Both the position numbers and the translations under genes were made by a program. This document shows positions 14,330 through 26,990 of a stretch of DNA of 64,000 bases, one piece after another. This stretch comes from the human T2T-CHM13v2.0 reference genome, Homo sapiens: the NCBI RefSeq assembly GCF_009914755.1, contig NC_060936.1; one strand, given 5' to 3'. The stretch's first letter is position 1. Every line of letters starts with the position of its first letter. The notes beneath the pieces were generated by a model, which was not told where the DNA came from, made no database searches, and saw only the letters and a list, made by a program, of their open reading frames with translations.

Positions 14330-14500
14330 TCTTATTCTTTAGCACATACAGCACTTAATCTCTCTAAGCGTCTGTTTCCTCTGTTATAAAACAGAGCTAA
14401 TAATAGCACTTTGCTTACAGAATGTGGTGAGGATTAAATGAGACAACACACTACAATGACACTCAGCACAGTGGTGTGCACCTAGAAAGTAATCAATATT
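14330..14500 (+). mobile_element. MIR SINE
   Basis: cacttaatctctctaagcgtctgtttcctc...gtggtgaggattaaatgaga. Confidence 0.75.
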
Positions 14501-14514
14501 ATCTATTGACACTG

Positions 14515-14935
14515 CCCCAGTTTGGGGTACCACAAATTAAAAATGAAAAACTTGAAGACGTATGTCCAAGACAACTCACAAAGATTTAAAATGAAGCAGA
14601 TGAGGACAGGTTAAAGGAACTTGGATTATTATTCCAAAGAGGGAAAAAGGAGTAATGTGACAAATTAGTTTCTAAAAGAGAAAGAACTCTTAAACAAAGA
14701 CTAATAGCATTTCTGCTCTTCTTCACTCAGCAAGACAGCCATGGTATGAATCTGAATTACAGCACAAAGGACTTATGTCATATAGAAGGAAGAGTTTCTA
14801 TTCAGTAAAGTTTATGAAAAAAAAATTGAATCACTTTCTGATAGAGCCTGTGACTCACTTTTAAAATGAGGGGTCATCTTGGTACAGTTCTGCCTAAAGG
14901 CAATGTTATTGGAGGAATGACTTTTCAAGGTCCCA
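14515..14935 (+). mobile_element. CR1/L3 LINE 3' remnant
   Basis: cagtttggggtaccaca; atgaggacaggttaaaggaacttggattatt; atgacttttcaaggtccc (CR1 3' end). Confidence 0.6.
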
Positions 14936-15139
14936 AATTATCCATATATCTCTGCACATCAAGATGAACTACTATATGAAATTAAAGTATAGGAATGTAA
15001 TGCCAGTAATAGAGCATGAAAACCAGAGTGGGGTTGAAGACCAAAAAGATGGCATATTTTGCTGAGTTCCTTGGGTATCAAGCAAATTTAGTTTTTATTG
15101 TCCCCGTTCAGGGGATTATTTTACTTCCAAAAATTGCCA

Positions 15140-15360
15140 CCACTGTAGAAAAAGCATAAACCTTGGAACTACAACGACCCAAGTGCAAGTTTCAGCTTTT
15201 CTTCTTACTGTGTTACCTTGAACAGGTCTTTAAACTCTCTGCTAGTGTGTTTCATCATCTGCCAACAATGCATAAAAACATCAATGTTACAGGGCTGTAG
15301 TGAGGATTAAATGAGATGGCTCCGTTCAGTATTTGGCACACTACGGATATTCTAAATGTT
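15140..15360 (+). mobile_element. MIR SINE
   Basis: tgtgttaccttgaacagg...catctg...gggctgtagtgaggattaaatgaga. Confidence 0.7.
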
Positions 15361-15759
15361 GATCCTGTTGTCTCCCAAATTGTGCTTCCAAACATACTAC
15401 AGTTTTCAGAAGCCTAAGTTATCACATTGCATTGTCAGCTGACACTCTTACAACTACCGAAGGTTTATCCCTCAGTACCTAACAAAACCACATCACAGCT
15501 TGCTTTATTTTCAGGCAACAAATTCTCCAAAGACAGAACTGGATGGGGGTGAACAAACTTCTGCCAAGTATGTGACAGTTTTATAAAGTTTCTCATTCAG
15601 TAGTTGTGCTAAGAACGGCTCTGTCATTTAGACATACTCTTGAAGGGAACTGCATTCTTTATCAAAGAATTTCCTTATAGTTTCAACAAACATCTCCACA
15701 GCTTCTACTTGATTCAGGAATGAATTTGGAATGGTTTAAAACACACTAGCAAGGTACAT

Positions 15760-16160
15760 TAATTAGGACAAGGTTTAGTAACATAACAGAAAGATTCAAA
15801 ATACAATGACGAGACAGAAATCATTTCTTTCTCACATAACTGCTCAGAGGTAAGTGGTGCTAGGCTGACAGGACAGCATTGTCATTCTCAAGATAAGGCT
15901 TTCATCTCTGGGTTCTAGGCAACTCCAGTGAGAAAGGGAAGAAAGAGTCATTGAGCACGCCATATGCCTTTCTAGGAGCACAACCCATAAGAGTCACCAT
16001 ACTTCAGATCACAAACCCAAATTTAGTCACAAGGCCACACAGCTACTAGGAAGACTGGGAAATACAGAGTCATGCTGGGAAACCATGTGCTCAGCAAAAA
16101 CTCAGGAAGAAGGTGATAAGAATATGTGGGCATGACCATAAACAGTATCTGCTTCACAGA
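15760..16160 (-). mobile_element. Old MaLR (MLT1J/K-like) LTR
   Basis: atttagtcacaaggccacacagctactaggaagactgggaaat is the MLT1 reverse-strand motif. Confidence 0.6.
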
Positions 16161-17199
16161 ATTAAAGAGGGAAACTTATCTAAATGGTCTAACTTTATAT
16201 TGAAAGACCATTTAAGATTGGAAAGTGCAAACAATATACCGTTTAATCTGAGAGTTGATGTAGTAGTTATGAATCAAACACAAGGTATAAAGACCCTAGC
16301 AACATAAATTGAGGCAGTAAGTACAAACCTTCATATTTATACAACAGAAACTTGAGTCATCGACTCTTGCTGAGGCCAAGCTACATGTGGGAAAATCTGA
16401 ATGTGCTGACCCAGAAAAGAGTTGGAGTAGAGCTGTGTTGGATTAATGACAGCACTTAGCCTCAATGTTTTAAAAATTCAGAAGATATGGGGAGGGCCCC
16501 CTGAACAAGCCTGAGCTAGCCTGGAGAACTCCAAAAGAAGAAAGAGCCCCACTCTGACGCAGAGTTTATGGTTTATAAAACACCAGATCAGATGAAGTGA
16601 CAACACCACCCGCCTCCCCGCCACATTTGACTGTGAGAAAATATCTCTGGGGCCAAATAATAATAATTCCTGTTTGCAGTCAAGAATGAGTTTACCAGAT
16701 GCCATTTTGCAAATCTTTTTCAACCTATTTGAGAGACTTTAATATGTTGCTTTTTTCATTGTCTGAGCTTCATATATATTTTACTTCTGCAGGAAATCTA
16801 GAATATTTTATCATTAAGTACTCATTCACTAAGCTAATAGAGTTTGTCCTAATCTCATGAATGTTTTTATTAACAATTGTTCTGTTCCTTGACTATACAT
16901 CTGGGAAGAACCTCCACACTTCGCAAAGCAGAGAGAGTTTTCTGTGTTTTTCCCAGTAAGAACAAGAGAATACACCAGAATCTCCAGATCCTAAAAGAAT
17001 AAAAAGGAAACCACCAAAACACAAGCAAACCAAAGATCAGTCCCAATCACTTGTTTAAAACTGATACAACTGAGGAAGAATATCCCTTGTACTGCTTGAC
17101 AGAGGAACTGGGGAAATTTGCTGTGAAATTAAAATAAACACATCACTGCCAGTTTTGAAAATTCTTGAGGTGGGGGAGGGGGAGACCTTCATTTTCTGA

Positions 17200-17370
17200 T
17201 GGAGTAAATCCTAGACTAAGAAGCCAGAAAATTCGCTTCAGATCCCAGATCAGCCAATAGCTAACTACACGGACTTAGGCAAATTCCATAATGTCTTTGG
17301 ACTTCAAGTTTCTTACTTGTAAAATTAGGAAGTTGAGAGATATTATTTCTAAGATCTTTTCTAATTTAAA
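17200..17370 (+). mobile_element. MIR SINE
   Basis: gacttaggcaaatt...tttcttacttgtaaaattagga...tttctaagatcttttcta. Confidence 0.6.
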
Positions 17371-18099
17371 GAGTCAATGAGTTTATGAAACTACTGCTTA
17401 CTGAGATTTCTTAAAAACTCCAACATCACAAATATCACAGAATCATATTAATTTTGTTTTTATTTTACACCCAAATTTAGTAAATGATCAATTCTCCTCA
17501 ACAATTGCAGGAAAATAAAGATTCTGAAGACATCTTGTAAAGTTAAATTTGGTAAAGGAAAAAGTAACCTGTCTTCGAAAGAGCCCTCTATATAACCTTT
17601 AAAAGAGATGCATGTGTCACTTTATTGATTTTTTGTGCCAAAAGGGTATTTGGATAAGGTGGCTGTTCCCTCCAAACTTGGATTATTTATGATTCATATC
17701 CTGCTGCCAGTAAAATGTTTATAGCAGATGATCTCCCCATTAATGTTAGTTTCAAAGGATTAAAGCTAATTATGGCTTTATTACACTTATGCTAACTTAA
17801 ATTTGCTCCAGAATGACATGACAATGAACCCCTGACTCCAATCTCATCTCCCCCAGCATCAACCCATCAATCTTCCACAGAGACACCAGGGCTTTTCCTG
17901 AAACAGAGGTAATAAAGTGTGCCAGCAACTCCATAAGCTTCATTTCATGCCATAAAAGCTATGTCATCCCAGTTCACTTTTCCATGGCTTTGCAAGAGAT
18001 GTATTCAATATCTAGAATGTCAGAACCAAGTCCTTTTTGTGGCTATAAAAAAAATAGTGCAAATATTTAGTAGTCCCCCATCTCTAGAAAAATACAGTC

Positions 18100-18453
18100 T
18101 CTATTAGTCTGTTCTCATGCTGCTGATAAAGACATACCCAAGACTGGGTCATTTATAAAGAAAAGAGGTTTAATTGACTCACAGTTCCACATGCCTGGGG
18201 AGGCCTCACAATCATGGTGGAAGGTGAAGGGGAAGCAAGACATGTCTTACATTGCAGCAGGCAAGAGAGAGTGTGCACAGGAACTGCCCTTTCATAAAAC
18301 CATCAGATCTTGTGAGACTTATTCACTATCACGAGAACAGAAAAACACGTACCCATGATTCAATTACCTCCCACTGGTTCCCTCCCACGAGACGTGGGGA
18401 TTATTACAATTCAAGGTGAGATTTGGGTGGGGACACAGAGCCAAACCATATCA
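18100..18453 (-). mobile_element. THE1 (MaLR) solo LTR
   Basis: tattagtctgttctcatgctgctgataaagacatacccaagactggg...gggtggggacacagagccaaaccatatca; 5-bp TSD (c/t)agtc. Confidence 0.95.
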
Positions 18454-19102
18454 TAGTCCTAGAGGACCGAACCAGAAAGTGGAAGGAAATTTTGTCCAAA
18501 GAAAAAGGTACCACCTCCTCTGGGGAGAAGCAGACCTGTTTCAGCATATAGGTTGAATTTTCAGCAAAAACTGTGCAGTTGTTCTAAGTAGCCTGGGCTT
18601 TTCCCTCCCTTTCCAACCTCCCCATCTTCTTATTGCCTGCCATGCAGACCCTGATCATCTTTAAGGATTGACTAAAATCTCACCTTCACTGCCTACTCCA
18701 CCTCCTCCATGGAGACAGAAGTTTTCTCCCCTATGAACCCATAGAATCCCATCCCTGCCTCTGTATCCCACTCTATCATCAATGAATCACCACTGAATTC
18801 CTCAATCCCCTCATGTCAGGACTACTGGTTTGTTTATCATTTCACCCCCATAAACCATAACTTCCTTAAGTTGCCTAAGACAAGATATGTTCACTTTAAG
18901 TTCTTAGAAAATGCCTGTTTAAAGAAAAGTTGATCTTGTTGGTGTCAAAGTAGTTCCAGTACTTAAAATCCATACAACCAAAAGTCTAAGAGTAGTATCA
19001 AATGTTGGCTCATGTTCTGAATATATCTATTATGCACAGCCATGTCTCTTCTCAAAAAAAGATGGTGGATTAATCATTTATCTCATTTTTTTAATTGAGA
19101 TG

Positions 19103-19501
19103 TGTATTAAGCCATTCTTGCATTACTATAAAGGAATACCCCAGACTGGGTAATTGATAAAGAAAAAGGTTTAATTGGCTTATGGTTCGGCAGGCTGCAC
19201 CAAAAGCTGAGTGGTATCTGCTTTGGTGAAGGCCTCAGGAAGCTTACAGCCATGGCAGAAGGTGAAGAAGCAGCAGGTGCATCACATGGCAAGAGAGGGA
19301 GTAAGAGAGAGAGTGAGGAGGTACCATGCACATATCTAATATGAACTCACTCATCACCAAGGGGACGGTGCTAAGCCATTGATGAGGGATCCATCTTCAT
19401 AATCCTCATAATCCAAATACCTCCCACCAGGCCCCACCTCCAGTACTGGGGATTACATTTCAACATGAGATTTAGAGTGGACCAATATCCAAACCCTATC
19501 A
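19103..19501 (-). mobile_element. MST (MaLR) solo LTR
   Basis: tgtattaagccattcttgcattactataaaggaatacc...ggcctcaggaagcttaca...atccaaaccctatca; perfect 5-bp TSD agatg. Confidence 0.95.
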
Positions 19502-19517
19502 AGATGAAAGTTTTATT

Positions 19518-19662
19518 CACATGTTTGTGATCCCAGGTACTCAGGAGGCTAAAGTGGGAGGATCGCTTGAGCCCCGAAGATTAAGGCTGCCGTGAGCCAT
19601 GATCATGACACTGCACTCCAGCCTAGGAGGCAGAGCAAGACCCTGTCTCAAGAAAATAAAAA
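19518..19662 (+). mobile_element. Alu right monomer (FRAM/AluJ-like)
   Basis: gggaggatcgcttgagccc...gtgagccatgatcatgacactgcactccagcct...gaccctgtctcaagaaaataaaaa. Confidence 0.88.
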
Positions 19663-19958
19663 GTGTTTAAGTACAACAATATATAAAATAATTGATTTTC
19701 AAATGTTTTATATATCTCTCTGTAAATTTCCCTGCTCCCACACCTTCAAAATCTTACTCTTTTTTCACAAAACATAAATCAGCTCCAGTCTAAAACAAAG
19801 AACTAATCCTTATTCACTAATAAAAATGTACTGCTTTAACACAAGAACAGAAGTTCCCTATTTCCAGAGATTAGCAATCTAAATGGATACAAATCACCTG
19901 CTATAATTTAGTGAGGGCCAAGGCATGTACCAATATTCTAAGTAGTAAGGCCTAACTT

Positions 19959-20171
19959 CTGTGTTTCTCAACTTTGACACCAATGATGCTTTGGGCCAGA
20001 TAATTCTTTATTTAGAGGAGTCATCCTGTGCACTGTGGGCTGTTTAGCAGTCTCCCTGGCCTCTACCCACTTGACTCCAGTAGCATCCCCCTAGTTGTAG
20101 CAGTCAAAAATGTCTCCAGACATTGTCAAATACCCCCGGGAAGCAAAATTTCTCCTAGTTGAGAACCACTG
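19959..20171 (+). mobile_element. MER20 (hAT-Charlie DNA transposon)
   Basis: tttctcaac...ttgggccagataattctt...tgtttagcagtctccctggcctctacccact...aaaaatgtctccagacattg...gttgagaaccactg; strand is by convention. Confidence 0.9.
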
Positions 20172-20194
20172 CTCTCAACATACACAGATGGTAG

Positions 20195-20420
20195 ATATAA
20201 CAAGCTTTAGAACCAGTCAGACCAGTAGCAAATATCAGCTCCATCACTTAAGAGCTATGTGATCTTGAGCAAATTACTTAATCTCTCTGATCTTTAGTGT
20301 CTTGATCTGTAAAATGGTACTAATAAGACCCATTTTCAGGATTCTTGTGAAGTTTAAGTGAAAAAATGTACATAAAGTGCTTAGCATAGTACCTTGTAAA
20401 TTATAAGCACTTAATAGCTA
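20195..20420 (+). mobile_element. MIR SINE
   Basis: ctatgtgatcttgagcaaattacttaatctctctga...atctgtaaaatgg...aaagtgcttagcatagt. Confidence 0.85.
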
Positions 20421-20597
20421 ATATTTATTTTTGTTTGTTATTATTATACATTAAATATTAATTTGCTGGATTTAAAACACCACAAAATATACCCTAGGAT
20501 AATGCTGAATATAATTTGATTTTTAAAGAGTTCAGAACTACTTCAGACTCTGCCTATTCCTTAACAGCCACATAGTGAACATCAATAGCTAGTGGTA

Positions 20598-20917
20598 TTT
20601 TTGTTTGTTTGTTTGTTTGTTTGTTTGTTTGTTTTTTAGACAGAGTCTTGCTCTGTTGCCTAGGCTCTGGAGGGCAGTAGCTCAATCTCGGCTCACTGCA
20701 ACCTCCACTTCCCGGGTTCAAGCAATTCTCCTGCCTCAGCCTTCTGAGCAGCTGGGACTACAGGCACGTGCCACACACCCAGCTACTTTTTGTATTTTTA
20801 GTAGAGACGGGGTTTCACCATGTTGGCCAGAATAGTCTCGATCTCTTGACTTCGTGATCCGCCTGCCTCAGCCTCCCAAAGTGCTGTGATTACAGGCGTG
20901 AGCCACTGCGCCTGGCC
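20598..20917 (-). mobile_element. AluS (Sc-like) with (TTTG)n tail
   Basis: Full Alu; TSD caatagctagtg on both sides. Confidence 0.96.
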
Positions 20918-20995
20918 AATAGCTAGTGTTCTATAGCTAAGGAAAGTGTGCAAAAGTTTTAGGCAGCAGAATTAGAGGAAGCAAATTTTTCTACT

Positions 20996-23729
20996 TGTAG
21001 GAAAGACTCTTGTTATCCTCCAATATCTAGTCTCCCTTCTTCCATGATGATAAGAATCTCCAAAATTTATCAACCCCAAATAAATCATATTTCCCAGGCT
21101 CCCTCCCTCCCATTGTGACCAAGTTGTGATCAATAGGATGTAAGCAGAACTTGTAGGTACAACTTCTGATATGCGTCCTTAAAGGAAGAAGGTCTGCTCC
21201 TTCTCCCCCTTTATCCATCCTGCTGTTTGAAATATGGATGTGTTGGCTGGGATACCAGTTGGAACCATGCCAGTAAAAACCATACCCTAGACATGGTGAA
21301 GAGGAAAGTTGGAAGCAGCCTGGATCCCAAATATATGTAGTATGGCACTGCCATTATCAGCTCTGAATGGCCTACATCGTGACTTCAAAGTGAGAGAGAA
21401 AGAAAACTTCTATCTTGTTTAAGCCACTGTTATTTTGAATCTCTGCTAGTCATAGCCAAACAGATTGAATGTGTAACACTGGCTAAAAAGCGTGAGATCA
21501 AGCAGCAAGCATACAGACGCTGCAGGCCAGCCAGCTGAAGCCCCATATTATGAGATAGCACATTTGATAAAATTGTTTCCTGTTCGATCCAGCCAACCCA
21601 ACCTATAGCTCTAAGCTGCATGGTTTAAAAATTCAAAATGTTGGTTCTCACCCAACATTGCCTAACCGGCTCTCAAACATGTTTTGTTTGTTTGTTTTGT
21701 TGTTTTTAAATATAAGTAGACAGTTTATTTGGACCAAGCTTTAGAATTGCAACCCATGAGCACAGACTCAAGTTTTCATTCTTGCCTTGCACTTAAAGAA
21801 TTATGAAAAAAATTAGCTCCAGCCAGAGCTAACCAGTTGCAGAAATGGTGGATACACTCTTGCCCAGGGTTTTCAATCTAAGTTGTTAGACAAGCCTATT
21901 AAATTTGGGGCCTTTTAAGAATAGCAATGCTAACTGGTCCTGTCTGTACTCACCCTGAACCCTGTGTAAAGAGAATGGTAGACTTAGCAGGCAATAAATC
22001 CTATTTTCAGCCTTCATCATAGGGGAGTTTTCTACCAGACAATGGGAACCAGTCTAGCAGCAAAAATCATATTCAAGGTGTTGTCTTCCCATCTAAGCCT
22101 ATTTTCTAGATAACCAGAAGGAGTGGTGTTATGGGTTGAATTGTGTTCTCCCAAAATTCATGTTGATGTCCTAACCCCTATATCTCAGAATGTGACTGAA
22201 TTTGGAGACAGAATCTTCAAAAAGGTAATTAAGTGAAAACAAGGTCATTAGGGCAGGCTCTAGTCCAACATGACTGATGTTTTTATAAGAAGAGGAGATT
22301 AGGACACAGATACACGCAGAGGGAGGACAGTATGAAGACACAGGAAGAAAATGGCCATCTACAAGGAAGGAAAGAGGTCTCAGCAGAAATAAACCCTGCT
22401 GACACCTTGATCTTGGACTTCCAGCCTCCAGAACTATGAGGAAATAAATTTGTGTTGTCTGAGCCAAGTCTGTGATCCTTTCTTACGGCAGCCCCAGAAA
22501 ACTCATACAGGTAGGCAGAATGGTAAACAGAGCACAGGGGTCAAAAAGTGAAAACAAGAGTCTTTAGTTTTAAAAAACCATGTGGAAATGAGTCCTTAGG
22601 TTTTGCTTGCTCAAATGAGTACCAACCAGAAACAAATAGACCAGATACTTACTAATTTGGGGAGGGAATTGCATTGTCAGAGAAACCACAAGCCTGTCCT
22701 GATAAAGATTGTGATCACTCAAGCCCTAAAACGAACCCGGAAACCCAGATCCTCCACTTCCAGAAAGGAGGCTGAGAAAGAAGGCAAAATGTCCAAGGCC
22801 TGCTTCAGATGTGATCAGAGAGGATAATGGAAGAAGACAGCTTCTCCCAGCATAGAGCCAAGAGCTTCCAGATGCACCAAGCCCGAGAATTTACTTCTTC
22901 ACCAGGACCAGGCTTCTTCTCAATTCTGGTTCAACGATCTGAAAACTGCTACAGCTCAATTATTGGTAAGTATTTCGGTGCCTTTTCCCAAATGGGAGTT
23001 TTTGCAGCAGTTATTATGTTACAACTCCACTGAAGCATATTGGATGAGATGGGGCCAGAAAATTATAGACCTGAAAGGAGCTCTACTCTGACCCAGTAGA
23101 AGAGACCAAGCATCACCCAGAGATCCTGGAATTAAAGGTCATTGCGATAACTAGATGGGATTTTGAGTTGTCTCCCCAGGAAAGGGGTGAGTGTATTTTA
23201 AGTGTGGGAAGAAGATACACATAGATATCTAGTTTTCCTCCTGGATCAACCATGGTAGAGATTATTGGATGTCTCTATTTGTTTTCCACTTTCTCCAAGA
23301 GCCCCACAATTTAGCTGGGTATGTGACTGCCAAAACAAAAGATATCTCCCAGCCTCCTCTGCTATAATATGGCCATTTAATTAAGCTCTGGCCAATAGGA
23401 TGTAAGCAGACATGATGTGTATAACTTCTGAGATGTGTTCTTAAAGGTAGGACACGTGTCCTTCTTCCCCATCTCCCTGTCCTGCTGCATAGAATTTGGA
23501 TGTAAGGGCTAATGACCCATCCATGAGGATAAGGGTCATGTACCTAGTTCACCAACCTTGGTAAAATGGAAAGTTGGAAGCAACTTGTTCTGGAAGACTG
23601 GGAAGCCATCATTTCAGCCTCTATTTCTATGCCTTTATATGAGAGAAAAATAAATATATGTCTTGTATAAGCCAGTGATATTTTGAGGTCACCATTATTC
23701 ACAACAGAACCTGTAGTACAACTAATAGA
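20996..23729 (+). mobile_element. Degenerate MLT1 (MLT1I/J-like) provirus: LTR ~20996-21478, internal region, LTR ~23251-23729
   Basis: Two same-orientation LTRs share caataggatgtaagcaga..aacttctga..cttaaagg..ggaaagttggaagca..tcttgt.taagcca.tg.tattttga; MaLR-int-like 3' end (ttttgagttg...ggggtgagtgtattttaagtgtggga) precedes the second LTR. Confidence 0.7.
22127..22509 (+). mobile_element. MLT1B-like solo LTR nested in the older MLT1 internal region
   Basis: tgttatgggttgaattgtgt...ctcagaatgtgact...ttggacttccagcctccagaactatgag...aaactcataca. Confidence 0.9.
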
Positions 23730-26131
23730 TTGATAGATCGATCTTCTATGTTTCCTTTCAGGTCTACAGACCCAAAAGTAATTTCAAAAATTAAGAATAA
23801 TGGTAGAAAACTGTCCTATGATTCTTAATTCTAATTCCTCTGATCCTTTGAGGAAATGTGTCACTTTTATTCTGCCGTATGTGTATAGCAAATGAGGCTG
23901 AGAAAGCCAAAGGAGACAAAGTGGAAGTTGAAGTCAAAAACAGAAGAGATGTACAGAATCTCGCTAAATAATCTGCCAGACCTGGTGACTCACCTCCCTG
24001 GATACTGTTCTCATACTGAGTCAAAAGGAAAGATGTTGATAAAGATGGAAAAGAAATTCGGATATGCATCCTGAAATGGACTATGCTAATTTTCCCAATT
24101 ATCCAGGTCCATCTTTAACCATAAGTGATTTCAAAGTGAAATGATGACTTTCATAAAATTTTCATTTGGTTCTGAGATAAAGGAAAGGGAAATGGAAAAT
24201 CATCTGAAAAGTGTTGCTTGGTGCATAACGCTTACCAAGGGGGACTATGGTTCTCATCCACACAATTCCTATTTCTATTAATGAGAGTTGTGGATAAAAC
24301 CCTAGCCAGTATCTTCTATCTTTTAGCTTCCACAATGCTTAGAAAACTGTCTTGGGGATATCACAGAGATTGTTACAGCAGATAACATGTCCATTCATCC
24401 ATATTAGACTTTCATAATCGTTTTCATGGACCCCATTAGCCAGAGCATTTCAAGAGACATATTATTTTGCCCAGTCATTTGGTAATAGTAACCACATAAA
24501 TCAATGACTTTTTGGGAATAAAGCCGTGGAGTTACAAGTAGAGAGAAGAGAAGCATGAATTCCTTTAAGAAGAAATTACATGAATTAAATCAGAAGTCAC
24601 TGCAATGGCCCAAATAACCATACTTCTTATTCTAGCCTGCGACATTTACCACAATACTTTTTGCCCCTAGCTGCAAGGCTGGTTATAGCCTTATTTAAAT
24701 CCTTTACACATTATAATTCTCCACTAAGTGGGATAAAGAGCACATGGTCTCAGTCACCTGCTAAACATATGACATGAGGTGCAAATTCATTTATTTGAAC
24801 CATAATATTAAAGGACCTTCTTGAATTTAAATCATCTGATACCAGGTTATGACTTCAACCCCAAGCAGACATGCCCTGGAGAGTTAAGAGACATTTTCAA
24901 AGTTTCAAAGACAAAGAAGGCTTCTAACCTGCTCACAGTTAGCCATTACATGCTACCAAGGACTGTTTAATTGGGACTGCCACTCTCAATTAGCCAGTGA
25001 CAAGTGAATATAAGAGTGAAGAACCAAAATTAGGTACACATGTTACCAATTATTTCCATTAGGGATTATAATGAAATTGTACATTTTGCTTTGGTTTTTC
25101 TTTCTTCTCTAGCTCTAACAAGTTATATAAATTAAACTAGTGAGGGAGCAGAGCTTATAGATAACTTTGTCCTTCAAAGTGAGAAAGAACCACATTCATG
25201 GAAACTCCTGCAGCTCTTCAACTATGATATTCCATTCTGACCTCAGCATTTGCTCTACAGTGGAGCTTATCCAAATTACATCTGAGGGCCTCAAGCATAA
25301 CCAGATGAGGCTCTTTGTGATCCAAACATAGGGTTACTCCTCTTTTCTTCCCCTCTTGTTTACTAAAAAGCAAGAGTATTCAGTTTCTCTTTATGATTCA
25401 CTAGGTTTCTGACTGGTAGTCCTTCAAAGAGTATTTTACTGGGGTGATAGAAGGGGAAAGGAGGGAAGGGCTGTATACAGTGATGATGCACTAAGCTAAA
25501 AAAAACCTTCAGCTTAGATATGCATTTGGAGCTGGTTTAAATAGCCATCCCCCAGAATTGCACTTCAAATTTGAATTTTCTGGTCCTGACAGCTTTAAAA
25601 TTTATATTTAAATTTGTGTGTTTAAAGATATATATTTAAATGTACATATATATTTAAATATAGATTATTTTTAAATTTTTGGAATGTGCCAAGCACTTTA
25701 TATAAATTGAGCATGAATTAAAGATAGATTTTAAAGAAAATGTATACCTGAATGTGACTTAATTACCATTAAATATTAACCTGTTTCCTATTTTCATTTG
25801 TAGTAAAAAAGAACTGCAAGAATCCAGATATATTTGGAAACTGTAATTTTTTTCATTGTAAACATCATCCAACTTTTTTAGAATCCATTGAAACAATCAT
25901 CTTACTGTGGTTGTGCTTCTGGTAGGTTGACAGGTTACAAGACACTAAGGGAGTCTGTATGACTTTAAACTCTTCCACAGATCAGGGTAATACTATAATA
26001 CGCAGCTGATTCTAAAGTTAAATCACTTCCCATGACAGGAACTTCTTACACCTGTCAAAAGCGTGAAGAATTTGAGTCTCCCAGTTATGGGTGGGGTCGA
26101 ATCAAGTCATGCCTTTTCTCAAGCACAGAAA

Positions 26132-26347
26132 CAGGAGTCTGAAAACTTTTTCTGTAAGAGCCAGGATAGTACGACTGCTGCTACAACTACTCAACTCTGC
26201 CACCATTGTAGTGAAAGCAGCCACAGGCAAAAATGTTACACCATTTGTGTAAACAAATGGATGTGGCTGTACTCCAGTAAAACTTTATTTACTAACACAG
26301 ACTACAGGCTATATTTGGCTCTTGGGGTCATAGTTTGCCAATCCCTG
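26132..26347 (+). mobile_element. MER58A (hAT-Charlie)
   Basis: aaactttttctgtaagagccag...caactactcaactctgcc...ccagtaaaactttattta...catagtttgccaatccctg. Confidence 0.85.
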
Positions 26348-26449
26348 TTTTAGCTTCCAAGCCTCTGATTCTTTTAGCCTTCCATTTCACCTTCCCAGAA
26401 AATAAAGAGACTTTGATGTTAAAGAACATGAGTTTAGAATAGAAGGAAA

Positions 26450-26610
26450 TGATTTAGAATCATTTGGGGAACTTGACAAAAATATTGATTCATAGGCCCT
26501 ACCCTCAAATTTTCATTTAGTAAATCTTACGTGGGTCCCAGAAATGTGAATTTTCTTAAAGCTCCCCCAGTGATTCTGATTCTAAGTCAGCTTTGTGATT
26601 CTCTGTTCTA
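26450..26610. mobile_element. MER5-like (hAT-Charlie)
   Basis: ttagaatcatttggggaactt...gggtcccagaaatgtgaattt...aagctcccccagtgattctgat. Confidence 0.75.
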
Positions 26611-26664
26611 GATAATGGCCCCAGCTTCTGCCATAACTTTATAACATTAGGAATATCACCTTTT

Positions 26665-26990
26665 TATTAGTCAGCGTAATTAATGCTAGCTGCTGCAACA
26701 GCAAGCCCCAAATATCAGTAGCTTAGCCTAGTAAAAATGTATTTCTGTCCCATATCACCTTCTCTTATTTCATACCTATGCCATATAGAACTCTTGGAAA
26801 AAAGAAATAGAGAAGGAACTAGAGGTTTTAGATGTCCTAGCACAAAAGCAACACACATGGTACTTCTGCTCACATTTCACCAGCCTAATGAAAACCGTTC
26901 ATATGGTTTCAACCTAACTGCAAGGGAGGCTGGGGAAAGGAAAGGAGCACAATACCATCAATATTTGGTGAGCTCAAACAGATCACCTGA
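26665..26990 (-). mobile_element. Old MLT1 (MaLR) LTR
   Basis: attagtcag...ctagctgctgcaaca...acttctgctcacatttca...cctaactgcaagggaggctgggga. Confidence 0.65.

Noticed and set aside
21680-21790. Short segment resembling an ERV1 internal 3' fragment
   Set aside because: Too short and uncertain to name a family.
25595-25680. AT-rich quasi-palindrome
   Set aside because: Low-complexity AT sequence; self-complementarity is expected by chance.
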